From positions 579,834 through 643,833 of the forward strand of contig CAWJAS010000001.1 in the NCBI GenBank assembly GCA_963840935.1: a DNA stretch of 64,000 nucleotides, given 5' to 3'. The notes beneath the pieces were generated by a model. That model ran no database searches. It saw only the letters and a list, made by a program, of their open reading frames with translations, and was not told the origin of the DNA. The translations under genes were made by a program, and so were the position numbers. The stretch comes from Candidatus Magasanikiibacteriota bacterium (GTDB lineage Bacteria > Patescibacteriota > Patescibacteriia > Magasanikbacterales > GWA2-37-8). This document shows, piece by piece, positions 50,708 to 58,943 of this stretch (position 1 is its first letter; each line of letters begins with the position of its first letter).

Positions 50708-51226
50708 ATGAAATATATTGCCAAAAATGAAGCGGAAACCGTTAAAATAGGCGAAAAAATCTCTGCCAAGCTTAAAGGCGGAGATATTTTGTGTTTGTAC
50801 GGGGATTTGGGCGCCGGAAAGACTACTTTGGTAAAAGGGTTGGCGAAAGGGTTTGGGATAACAAAAGAGGTGGTTAGTCCGTCGTTTGCGATTATGAATG
50901 TTTATGAAATTGGTGATTGCCGAAGGGATTCTTCGACTTCGCTCAGAATGACAGGGCTTCGCTTCGCTACGCCCTGTAAACGCCAAGCTAACTTAACTAT
51001 GCCCTGTAAACGAAAAAGCACAGTAAAACAGTTGGCGCATTTTGATTTGTATCGTTTAAAAGATGTTGAAGAATTTTTGGATACGGGTGGAGCGGATTAC
51101 TTGGGCGCGCCGGACACGATTTGTGTTATTGAATGGCCGGAAAAAATTGAGGAGCTTTTGAAAAATAAAAAAACGATTGACATAGCAATCGAGCATTTAA
51201 AAAATGGGAGAGAAATTAAATTTTAG
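50708..51226 (+). CDS. tsaE: tRNA t6A biosynthesis ATPase TsaE with a repeat-derived insertion
   Basis: GDLGAGKTT, SPSF, HFDLYRL, IEWPE. Confidence 0.95.
   Translation: MKYIAKNEAETVKIGEKISAKLKGGDILCLYGDLGAGKTTLVKGLAKGFGITKEVVSPSFAIMNVYEIGDCRRDSSTSLRMTGLRFATPCKRQANLTMPCKRKSTVKQLAHFDLYRLKDVEEFLDTGGADYLGAPDTICVIEWPEKIEELLKNKKTIDIAIEHLKNGREIKF
50926..51012. repeat. Composite A-D-D' repeat inside tsaE
   Basis: gattcttcgacttcgctcagaatgacagggcttcgcttcgctacgccctgtaaacgcca...tatgccctgtaaacg matches units at 47206-47230 and 47312-47377. Confidence 0.9.
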
Positions 51227-51848
51227 GAGATTGCTTCGTCGACCCTTTGGGGCTCCTCGCAATGACAAGACGAACGTGGGATTGCTTCGGCGTCCCTTTG
51301 GGACTTCTCGCAATGACAGATAAGGAAAATTCGCAACCGCAATAATTTTGCCTATATATCCCCCGCTCTGATGTTAATTTTTGCCCTTTTTCTTGCCTGC
51401 CTTTGCTTTTCCAATTTTCATCCAAAAATTCCAAACCGAACTCATCCGCCAAGCGCTTTCCAATTCCGCCGATTATATCGGCGTTTTTGTTTCTGCCACT
51501 GGTCAAACTTGAGGCAAATATTTTAATATTATTTTCTTTGGCGTACTCCGCGGTTCGTTTTAGGCGCGATGCAAAACATACGGCGCATCTTTTGCCGGAT
51601 TCAGGCTCACCCTCCATTCCAGCAATCGCTTTTTTCCAGCTTTCGTGTTCATAATCAAGGTCGATGAATGGCACGCTCCATTCATCGCACACGCGGATAA
51701 CTTCGGCTTTGCGCTTTTCGTATTCATTTTTTGGAAAAATATTGGGATTATAAAACAAAACCGTTAAATCATATTGATTTTTCAGTTCATCAATAATTGC
51801 GATACTGCATGGAGCACAGCAAGCATGAAGCAAAAGCTGTTTTGCCAT
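51216..51848 (-). CDS. queH: Epoxyqueuosine reductase QueH (DUF208) with a repeat-encoded tail
   Basis: LLLHACCAPC, FYNPNI, RCAVCF..RL, YRQNYCGCEFS. Confidence 0.92.
   Translation of the reverse strand: MAKQLLLHACCAPCSIAIIDELKNQYDLTVLFYNPNIFPKNEYEKRKAEVIRVCDEWSVPFIDLDYEHESWKKAIAGMEGEPESGKRCAVCFASRLKRTAEYAKENNIKIFASSLTSGRNKNADIIGGIGKRLADEFGLEFLDENWKSKGRQEKGQKLTSERGIYRQNYCGCEFSLSVIARSPKGTPKQSHVRLVIARSPKGSTKQSPKI
51228..51318 (-). repeat. Two tandem type C repeats at the queH 3' end
   Basis: 51280-51318 is identical to 47276-47314; 51228-51267 is a variant. Confidence 0.92.
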
Positions 51849-51851
51849 AAA

Positions 51852-53873
51852 TTATTTTTCAAACTTACCGGAAACAAGGGCAATCGCCTGACCGATCCAA
51901 TTTTCCACTTCTTTAATATCCAGTTCGCCAATTCCTCCTTTTTCCAAACGGCAAATAACTTTTAATTTGCCGGACGAGTCTTCGGTCACGGCAATGTTTT
52001 TGAAATGTTTTATTTCCATTCGCGATAACTCTTCATTCAATCGTGCCTCGTCGGATGCAGGTATTCCTTTCATTTGTTCAAGAATTAATTCCGCCAAACG
52101 CATCTTTTTTTCAATCTTCTTGCACATTTCACTGCCGTTTTCGGCTCTTTTGATGGCCGTCAAATGGTCGCTCAATAATTCATCGCTCTTTGCATCTTTA
52201 CTGTGGCGCTCGGAACCGCCGACCACTGTTTTTACCACTCTGGTGCCGGTTTCATTCTGAAGCGCAAGCATAAATTCTTCAAATACTTTCTGGTCACCCT
52301 TGTCTTCAATGGCCAAAGCGATTTCATCTCCGCCCACTCTGTCAATCGGGTCGGCGTCAGGAAAATATTTTTTGAACACCTCAAGCGCTTTTGCTCTGAT
52401 AGCGCGCATATTTTCCGTGATTTTATCACCGGCGACAATTGAGGCCTCGCGTAATTTTGTTTCGTCCTCACCCACTTCCTGAATCAATTGTTCATATTCC
52501 AAAAGCAAATCAACGCCCAAATCCAAAACATCGATATTTATATAAACACAATCTTTTAATTCAGATGCTTTTTTGTGAAAAAACTCCGGCGCGTCATAAG
52601 TTCCGTCTTTTTGGTCGGTTTTTAATTCGGCGGATAATTGTTCTCTGTCCGTTTGCGACAAATCGGCTTTCAAAACATATTTGCCTTCTTCGTTTTTTTC
52701 CACAAACTTTGACATTCTGTCAATTCGCGCGCTGATTTCACCGCCGACCGCTTCTTTGGCGGTAAACGGCTTTACCAAGTCAACAAGATTGATACGACGG
52801 ACATATTGCTGAACCATTCTGAATGTGTCAGCGTCGGAATCTTCCGGCTTGAATTGTCCTTTTCTTGTCAATCGCAACAAATCTCTATTCATGATTCTTT
52901 TACCATCTTTTTCTGTGAATACTTTATATTTAATTCCCATTTCATCGGTAATGGTTTTATCCAATAATTTATCGCCCAATTCATTGATGCCGTGTTCTCC
53001 TTTTATTTCATTAACCACGTTTTCGCGGTCATAGGCGCCACCATATGAATCTTTTGATAAACGACGCGACAACTGCGCTGTTTGAGCGCATTCGGCCAAA
53101 GCTTGAATAATATTTGATTTATCTGTTTCGTTTTGCGACTGGTCAACAACGCTTGTGCCAAAATTTATGCGATAACCCTCACCATCAGAGCCAAGCAAAT
53201 CACGCATTCTTGCGTATTTGCCCACATCCGCATCCCCGTCTTCGGCCAAGCGCGAATCAATCGCGGAATTAATCACTTCTTTCATTCGATTGTTGAGCGC
53301 GGATGAAATCGCGTTCATATCTTCTTCCGGCAGGGCTTCACCTGTTTTTGACAACTTGAACGACGCGCTTCGATAATCTTGCGATAACAACTCGTGCCCA
53401 GACTCGGCCATTAATTCATTCAAAATCTTTTTTCTGCTGTCGATTATGGAATCGGTTACTTGTTCGCCAAAAAGAGTATTCAAATTTTTAACCGAAAATT
53501 CACCACCCGGAGACGAAAAATATGCCATGGAATCCCCGGCTTTTAATTCTTTAAACATCGCGAACCAGCCCCGTTCTTTTATCATTCCGCCCAGTCGTTC
53601 GCGGTCGCTTTCTGAAAGTTCAGCGCCATTTTCAAGCGCTTCAACCAAGCTAGCCCTATCCAAATAATTTTTGACGCGCTCAATTGCCGACCGGTCTATC
53701 TTTGATTCGGATTCCGCTCCCAATTCGGCGGAAATACCATGAAGTATCGCATCGGCATCTCTTGGAAGAATTTCTCCAATATATTTGGGCAATTTTTCGC
53801 TCGACTCCGGGGCTTTTTTTGGTTCTGCTGACATATTATGTTCATTTATATTTTTTGCTCTTTCTGCTTCCAT
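51852..53873 (-). CDS. Hypothetical 673-aa acidic protein with a degenerate GGDEF-like region
   Basis: YINID...AGD...DRVGGDEIALAI; TTGACA-17-TAAAAT at 53932-53904. Confidence 0.6.
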   Translation of the reverse strand: MEAERAKNINEHNMSAEPKKAPESSEKLPKYIGEILPRDADAILHGISAELGAESESKIDRSAIERVKNYLDRASLVEALENGAELSESDRERLGGMIKERGWFAMFKELKAGDSMAYFSSPGGEFSVKNLNTLFGEQVTDSIIDSRKKILNELMAESGHELLSQDYRSASFKLSKTGEALPEEDMNAISSALNNRMKEVINSAIDSRLAEDGDADVGKYARMRDLLGSDGEGYRINFGTSVVDQSQNETDKSNIIQALAECAQTAQLSRRLSKDSYGGAYDRENVVNEIKGEHGINELGDKLLDKTITDEMGIKYKVFTEKDGKRIMNRDLLRLTRKGQFKPEDSDADTFRMVQQYVRRINLVDLVKPFTAKEAVGGEISARIDRMSKFVEKNEEGKYVLKADLSQTDREQLSAELKTDQKDGTYDAPEFFHKKASELKDCVYINIDVLDLGVDLLLEYEQLIQEVGEDETKLREASIVAGDKITENMRAIRAKALEVFKKYFPDADPIDRVGGDEIALAIEDKGDQKVFEEFMLALQNETGTRVVKTVVGGSERHSKDAKSDELLSDHLTAIKRAENGSEMCKKIEKKMRLAELILEQMKGIPASDEARLNEELSRMEIKHFKNIAVTEDSSGKLKVICRLEKGGIGELDIKEVENWIGQAIALVSGKFEK

Positions 53874-53930
53874 ATTCTGCGATGATTTAATTTTTATGTA
53901 ATAATTTTATAATCTTTAACCGCTTCTGTC

Positions 53931-53960
53931 AAAAAATCCCGACTTAAAATCGGGATTTTT
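53931..53960 (-). terminator. Intrinsic terminator
   Basis: aaaaaatcccga-cttaaaa-tcgggattttt. Confidence 0.75.
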
Positions 53961-53964
53961 GTTT

Positions 53965-55902
53965 TTATAATTGTACTCGGAATAACCGCCAGTCGGACCA
54001 AGAAGTGTATGTGCCGTCCGTAAACTTTGCGCGGACGCGCACTCTGTATTCATTTGAATATTTGAGGTCCAAACCGACGCTGGTTAAAACTGAAGTGTAC
54101 AATCCTTCTTCAAGCCAGCCGGTGCCCGATTTGTAATTAACATTAATTTCGTATGACACGGCGCCGGTAATGGTATACCAAGTCGGAAAAACATATCGTG
54201 AATATAATGTTTGATTTTCTGTTGGCGTGGAAATGACAGGCGAGGTGTAGCTGTATGATGAGCCGATGTTATAATTGAAATATCTATAATCAGACCAATT
54301 GGTGTAATTGCCGTCACTAAAATTCGCTCTTACTTGAACGCGATATTCATTTGTATAATATAAATATTTAGTCAAATAAAGCGAAGTTACATTTGTGTTT
54401 GATTCAATAAGCCAGTTGCTTCCTGATTTGTATTCAACACGGACATTGTATGAAGTCGCGCTAGGAACTGAATTCCAACGAACAGTCACGGATTGGCTGG
54501 ATGAAAAATATTGGTTCGCATATGGATCGGTGATTGTCGGCGGAGATTGCGGGTTATAATAACTGTCGCTTTGACCAATATTAAAATATCTCCAATCGGA
54601 ATAATTGGTAGTAACGCCATCAACAAAGACACCACGAACACTTACGCGATATTCATTTGTGTATGGAAAGTATTTGGTTAAATAAAGAGAAGTGACATTT
54701 GTGTTTGACTCACTATACCAATTTCCATTTGATTCATATTCGATTCGAACATCATAAGCCGTCGCATTTGTGACCGAATTCCATCTCACGGTTACATTTG
54801 AGCCGGTAGAATAATATTGGTTGGCGTATGGTTCGGTGATGGTCGGGGCAGTGTAGGAATAATTGTTATTACTTTGTCCGACATTGAAATATCTCCAATC
54901 GGAATAATTGGTAGTAACGCCATCAACAAATACACCGCGAACGCTCACTCGATATTCATTTGTGTAGGAAAAATATTTGGTTAAATAAAGAGAAGTGACA
55001 TTTGTGTTAGACTCACTATACCAATTTCCATTTGATTCATATTCAATTCGGACATCATAAGCCGTCGCATTTGTGACCGAATTCCATCTCACGGTTACAT
55101 TTGAGCCGGTAGAATAATATTGGTTGGCGTATGGTTCGGTGATGGTCGGAGCAGTGTAGGAATAATTGTTATTATTGTTGTTGTTTGTGGAATAAGTATT
55201 ATAAAAATATCTCCAAGAAGACCATTCACTTTTGTTACCCAAATTGTCTCCGGCATAAACACGATAGCGGAATTGTCCATCACCCCAATTTGATATGTTG
55301 TAATTAACAGCACTCACGCCGGAAGAAATAATTTGAGAATCCTTGCTTTCCCATTGGCTCAAAGAAGTATTCCATTTATGAACTTCGTAGCCGTATTTGG
55401 TGGCGGAATTCACATCAGACCAATCAAAATATATTGAGGATTGATTATATTGTTCCCCATTGTTTGGAAGATTAATACTTGGTGTGCTTAATTTTGTTTG
55501 ATTTTTGGTATTGAAAGTAAAATATCTATATTCAGACCATTGGCCGACTTGGTTGTTCCACATATTGCCGACCGCGCGCACACGCCAGCGAAATTGATTG
55601 TCGGCTCCGGGAACTGTAACGCTAAAAGTATTGCCGACGACATTATATGTTCTGGCATTTTGCCATTTAATTGTTTTGCTAACGCAAGTGTCGCAAGCGA
55701 TTTCCACTTGATAATTATTGGCTCCATAAATGGAAGTCCAACTGAAATTAGCCATCCTCGGATAATTGGTCAAAACCTGATTATTTGTGGGATAGCTGAG
55801 CGACGGCGCGTTGTAGGCGGCCTTTGCCGGATATGATATGCCAAAAGCCGTAAAAATAACGGCAAAAACTAAAACCCAGTTAAAAATGCGATTCATTTTC
55901 AT
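53965..55902 (-). CDS. Secreted protein with about six fibronectin type III-like domains
   Basis: Signal peptide ending AKA; repeated P...W..V..A..Y...YRVRVRA...WSDWRYF units; TTGACA-17-TATTAT at 55981-55953. Confidence 0.85.
   Translation of the reverse strand: MKMNRIFNWVLVFAVIFTAFGISYPAKAAYNAPSLSYPTNNQVLTNYPRMANFSWTSIYGANNYQVEIACDTCVSKTIKWQNARTYNVVGNTFSVTVPGADNQFRWRVRAVGNMWNNQVGQWSEYRYFTFNTKNQTKLSTPSINLPNNGEQYNQSSIYFDWSDVNSATKYGYEVHKWNTSLSQWESKDSQIISSGVSAVNYNISNWGDGQFRYRVYAGDNLGNKSEWSSWRYFYNTYSTNNNNNNNYSYTAPTITEPYANQYYSTGSNVTVRWNSVTNATAYDVRIEYESNGNWYSESNTNVTSLYLTKYFSYTNEYRVSVRGVFVDGVTTNYSDWRYFNVGQSNNNYSYTAPTITEPYANQYYSTGSNVTVRWNSVTNATAYDVRIEYESNGNWYSESNTNVTSLYLTKYFPYTNEYRVSVRGVFVDGVTTNYSDWRYFNIGQSDSYYNPQSPPTITDPYANQYFSSSQSVTVRWNSVPSATSYNVRVEYKSGSNWLIESNTNVTSLYLTKYLYYTNEYRVQVRANFSDGNYTNWSDYRYFNYNIGSSYSYTSPVISTPTENQTLYSRYVFPTWYTITGAVSYEINVNYKSGTGWLEEGLYTSVLTSVGLDLKYSNEYRVRVRAKFTDGTYTSWSDWRLFRVQL
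54568..55173. repeat. Intragenic tandem duplication, 303-bp period
   Basis: ttggcgtatggttcggtgatggtcgg occurs at 54821 and 55124; near-identical 101-aa units. Confidence 0.92.
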
Positions 55903-56130
55903 ATAAATTATGCGTTATATTAGATAAATTATTAGCTTAATTATAACACTAAATAATAGCATATTTTGAGAGTTTTGTCAATTCCGTTAAATATGGCGAT
56001 TATTTAATGGGGTTAATTATTTTCGACCGTGTAAGTAATTTTTTGGCATTGACAGATAATTAATTTTATGCCAACATATCTAGTTGAAGTAGCCGTACAT
56101 TCCACAACAAACCCAAAGGAGGGGAAAATA

Positions 56131-56361
56131 ATGGGTAATTTGAACAAGACGATAATTTGTGAGGCGGAAGGGTCCAAAAACATTCTTATGAGTGGTCAAA
56201 GAATTTTTCGAGTGATTATCAACAAATCTCGCATCGGAGAAAAACGTAGCGGTCATTTTACAACGGTTAGAGAAGTCTCTGATTGGGTTTTGAAATGTGA
56301 CTGGCTCGAAACTTCCGAGCGGGCTGATATCGTTGAGCGCGCGCGCAAACACTTCGGTTGA
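56131..56361 (+). CDS. Small hypothetical protein (76 aa)
   Basis: AAAGGAGGGG SD before ATG 56131, TTGACA at 56049, terminator-like hairpin gccggt/accggc plus T run at 56410-56432. Confidence 0.6.
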   Translation: MGNLNKTIICEAEGSKNILMSGQRIFRVIINKSRIGEKRSGHFTTVREVSDWVLKCDWLETSERADIVERARKHFG

Positions 56362-56443
56362 TGAAAAACGTTTCTTTTTGCACTTTTCTGTTCTATTCTG
56401 CTAATTCTTGCCGGTTTCACACCGGCTTTTTTCTTTGCAAATA

Positions 56444-56472
56444 TTGACTTTTTGGCTAAAATGTGATATAAT
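56444..56472 (+). promoter_or_regulatory. tRNA promoter
   Basis: TTGACT-17 bp-TATAAT with extended TG. Confidence 0.8.
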
Positions 56473-56496
56473 ATATGCATTATTTTTCAAAAACAT

Positions 56497-56568
56497 GGCC
56501 CGTTCGTCTATCAGTTAGGACACGGCCCTCTCAAGGCTGAAAGACGGGTGCGATTCCCGTACGGGCTA
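56497..56568 (+). tRNA. tRNA-Glu (anticodon CTC), CCA not encoded
   Basis: Acceptor GGCCCGT/ACGGGCT, anticodon arm CGGCC-CTCTCAA-GGCTG, T arm ACGGG-TGCGATT-CCCGT. Confidence 0.93.
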
Positions 56569-56573
56569 CAAAT

Positions 56574-56784
56574 AATAATATCGGCTTTATGCCGATTTTA
56601 TTATTTGTATTCTGACCAGGGAGTCGCACGGGCAGGAAGTGAGACGTGAAGTTTTTGCGGAAGCAAAAACGAAACGCTTGAACGTCGTCAGACTGCCAGT
56701 GGCAGTCTGACGCTGCCCAGGACAAAGGAGTCGAGCCGATTGTGGTCGGCTCGGCGACGCGGAATTCCCGTACGGGCTACAAAT
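56574..56784 (+). other. 211-bp structured tRNA-linked element ending in a 21-bp duplicate of the tRNA 3' end
   Basis: attcccgtacgggctacaaat occurs at 56553-56573 and 56764-56784; several hairpins lie between. Confidence 0.85.
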
Positions 56785-56860
56785 CCCGCCACTCACGAGT
56801 GGCGGGATTGTTATTTATATATTTAAGTGATAAAATCTATAATGATTAATCATATTTAAT

Positions 56861-58135
56861 ATGCTTAAAAAAATATTATTTTTTATATTTGTAATTTCTT
56901 TGCTGGTAATACCGGGGCGAAGTGTTTTTGCGCAAGAAAAAAATGATGATGTAAATATTTATTTCTTTTGGGGCGACGGATGCCCGCATTGCGCCAATGA
57001 AAAAATTTATTTGGAATATCTCACAAATAAATATCCTTTTGTCACTCTTTATGATTACGAAGTATATAACAACGGTGAAAATAAAGAATTATTGAAAGAA
57101 ATCGGTTCGGCCATGGATGTTAATATCGCCGGAGTGCCTTTCACTGTTATCGGAGAAAAATATTTCATCGGTTGGAGTGATAATACTGACCTGAAACTAA
57201 GCATGGAGGAAACAATTAAATGTGTGCAAGAAGACAGGTGCGCCGATGTGATAGACAAAATTGCGGGTGTTGCCGACCCTGTAAAAAATGATTTGATTTT
57301 AAGTTATGAGGATTATACTGAATCACAAAACGAGGAACAGTCTGAACAATTAGCTGAGTATGAATTGGAACCGGTATCACTAATTCCCGAAAAAATTAAA
57401 GTGCCGATTATTGGCGAAATCAACATAAAAAATTTGTCATTGCCCATAATCACCATAATATTTGGCGCGCTTGATGGCTTTAATCCCTGCGCCATGTGGG
57501 TACTTTTGTTTTTGATTTCTATGCTTATGGGTATGGAAAACAAAAAACGAATGTGGATTTTGGGAAGCGTGTTTTTGGTGGCCTCGGCTTCTGTCTATTA
57601 TATTTTTATGGCTGCCTGGCTTAATTTGCTTTTGTTTATCGGTTTTATTTTTTGGATAAGAGCGGGCATTGGTATTGTCGCCCTTTTGGGCGGTGGATTT
57701 AATTTGAAAGAATATTTCAAGAATCCCGAAGGCGCCTGCAAAGTGACCGGCACAGAAAAAAGGCAAAAAGTTTTTCAAAGATTAAAAGAAATAACTCAGC
57801 AAAAAAGTTTTTGGTTGGCGCTTGGCGGAATAATAATTCTTGCTTTTGCCGTTAATTTGGTTGAGTTAATTTGCTCGGCAGGATTACCGGCGGTGTACAC
57901 TCAAATTCTCGCCATGAGCAATTTGAGCACATGGCAATATTACGCCTATATCGGTTTATATATTTTGGTATTTTTGCTTGATGACTTAATCGTGTTTTTT
58001 GTGGCCATGACCACGCTTCATATTACCGGCGCGACCACCAAATATTCCCGCTTCTCGCATTTAATCGGCGGAATTCTTATGATTATTATCGGTTTATTAT
58101 TGATTTTTAAACCGGGCTGGTTGATGTTTGGTTAA
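56861..58135 (+). CDS. Thioredoxin/glutaredoxin (CPHC) domain fused to a DsbD/CcdA-like membrane domain
   Basis: FFWGDGCPHC, GVPF, DGFNPCAMW, ELICSAGLP, several TM segments. Confidence 0.85.
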   Translation: MLKKILFFIFVISLLVIPGRSVFAQEKNDDVNIYFFWGDGCPHCANEKIYLEYLTNKYPFVTLYDYEVYNNGENKELLKEIGSAMDVNIAGVPFTVIGEKYFIGWSDNTDLKLSMEETIKCVQEDRCADVIDKIAGVADPVKNDLILSYEDYTESQNEEQSEQLAEYELEPVSLIPEKIKVPIIGEINIKNLSLPIITIIFGALDGFNPCAMWVLLFLISMLMGMENKKRMWILGSVFLVASASVYYIFMAAWLNLLLFIGFIFWIRAGIGIVALLGGGFNLKEYFKNPEGACKVTGTEKRQKVFQRLKEITQQKSFWLALGGIIILAFAVNLVELICSAGLPAVYTQILAMSNLSTWQYYAYIGLYILVFLLDDLIVFFVAMTTLHITGATTKYSRFSHLIGGILMIIIGLLLIFKPGWLMFG

Positions 58136-58210
58136 AATTTCTTCACTTGTGTTTAGATAAACAATATGGTATAAAATGGGTAGTTTTAATTATTAATTTC
58201 AAATAATAAT

Positions 58211-58906
58211 ATGAGCGAAAGATATTTCAGACCACCCGGGGTTCCGGAATGCGCAGTCAGAATTCCACTCGAAAATAAATCAACACCCGAATCAAACAAA
58301 TACGACAAAACCATTCCCATGACTGAATGGGAAGATAGAATAAAAAAAGATAAAAAATTTATATTTAAAGGATTTATTGAGGCAGAAAAAGAAGGACCTA
58401 ATAAGCCGGCAAATTTTTATGTTGAAACAGTCGCGCTGAACGAAATAGGAGAAACTGAAAATGATCATGGCGCGCATGTTGGCGCCGAGGCAATAGGCGG
58501 ACGTTTTGAATTTATTAATTCTCCTGAAGAAGTGAATAATTATAGAATGTTTTTGGAATTCCCAAAAACATGGTTAAAGGATGAGGGATTAATCGCAATA
58601 AATGGTGAGTTAATGACCATTGAAAAAGCCGAGGACAATTTTGAAAAAGAAGCAAAAACGGCAATGAAAGAAGCAAAAATAAAATTAAATTTCTTAACAG
58701 GATTAAATCCTGAAAAAGATAAAGAATTTTTTCAAAAAATCCAAATAGCTTGCGAAGCTTTGAAGGAATACATCAAAAATAAAGGAAGAGTTGAATACGC
58801 GCAAGCTTTTTTAAGAGGGGTAATCGAGGAGTTGAAAGAAGCTGATTCGCCTCTTGAAATCTCTGATATAGAAGATAAATACGTTCCGGAAAAAAGAAAT
58901 CAATAA
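58211..58906 (+). CDS. Hypothetical protein
   Basis: 231-aa ORF filling the gap; no motif recognised. Confidence 0.65.
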   Translation: MSERYFRPPGVPECAVRIPLENKSTPESNKYDKTIPMTEWEDRIKKDKKFIFKGFIEAEKEGPNKPANFYVETVALNEIGETENDHGAHVGAEAIGGRFEFINSPEEVNNYRMFLEFPKTWLKDEGLIAINGELMTIEKAEDNFEKEAKTAMKEAKIKLNFLTGLNPEKDKEFFQKIQIACEALKEYIKNKGRVEYAQAFLRGVIEELKEADSPLEISDIEDKYVPEKRNQ

Positions 58907-58943
58907 ATGAGTAAAACTTTTTTTAGCCAAAGAGAGCAGTCTC

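Noticed and set aside
50633-50986. Minus-strand 117-aa ORF sharing GRSEAKPCH with other ORFs
   Set aside because: Antisense shadow of tsaE; the shared peptide reflects the DNA repeat.
54568-55173. Diversity-generating retroelement TR/VR pair
   Set aside because: Differences are mostly synonymous and not confined to adenines, both copies are coding, and no reverse transcriptase is present.
56553-56784. Prophage or genomic island attL/attR
   Set aside because: The repeats are only 211 bp apart with no integrase or cargo; reported instead as a small tRNA-linked element.
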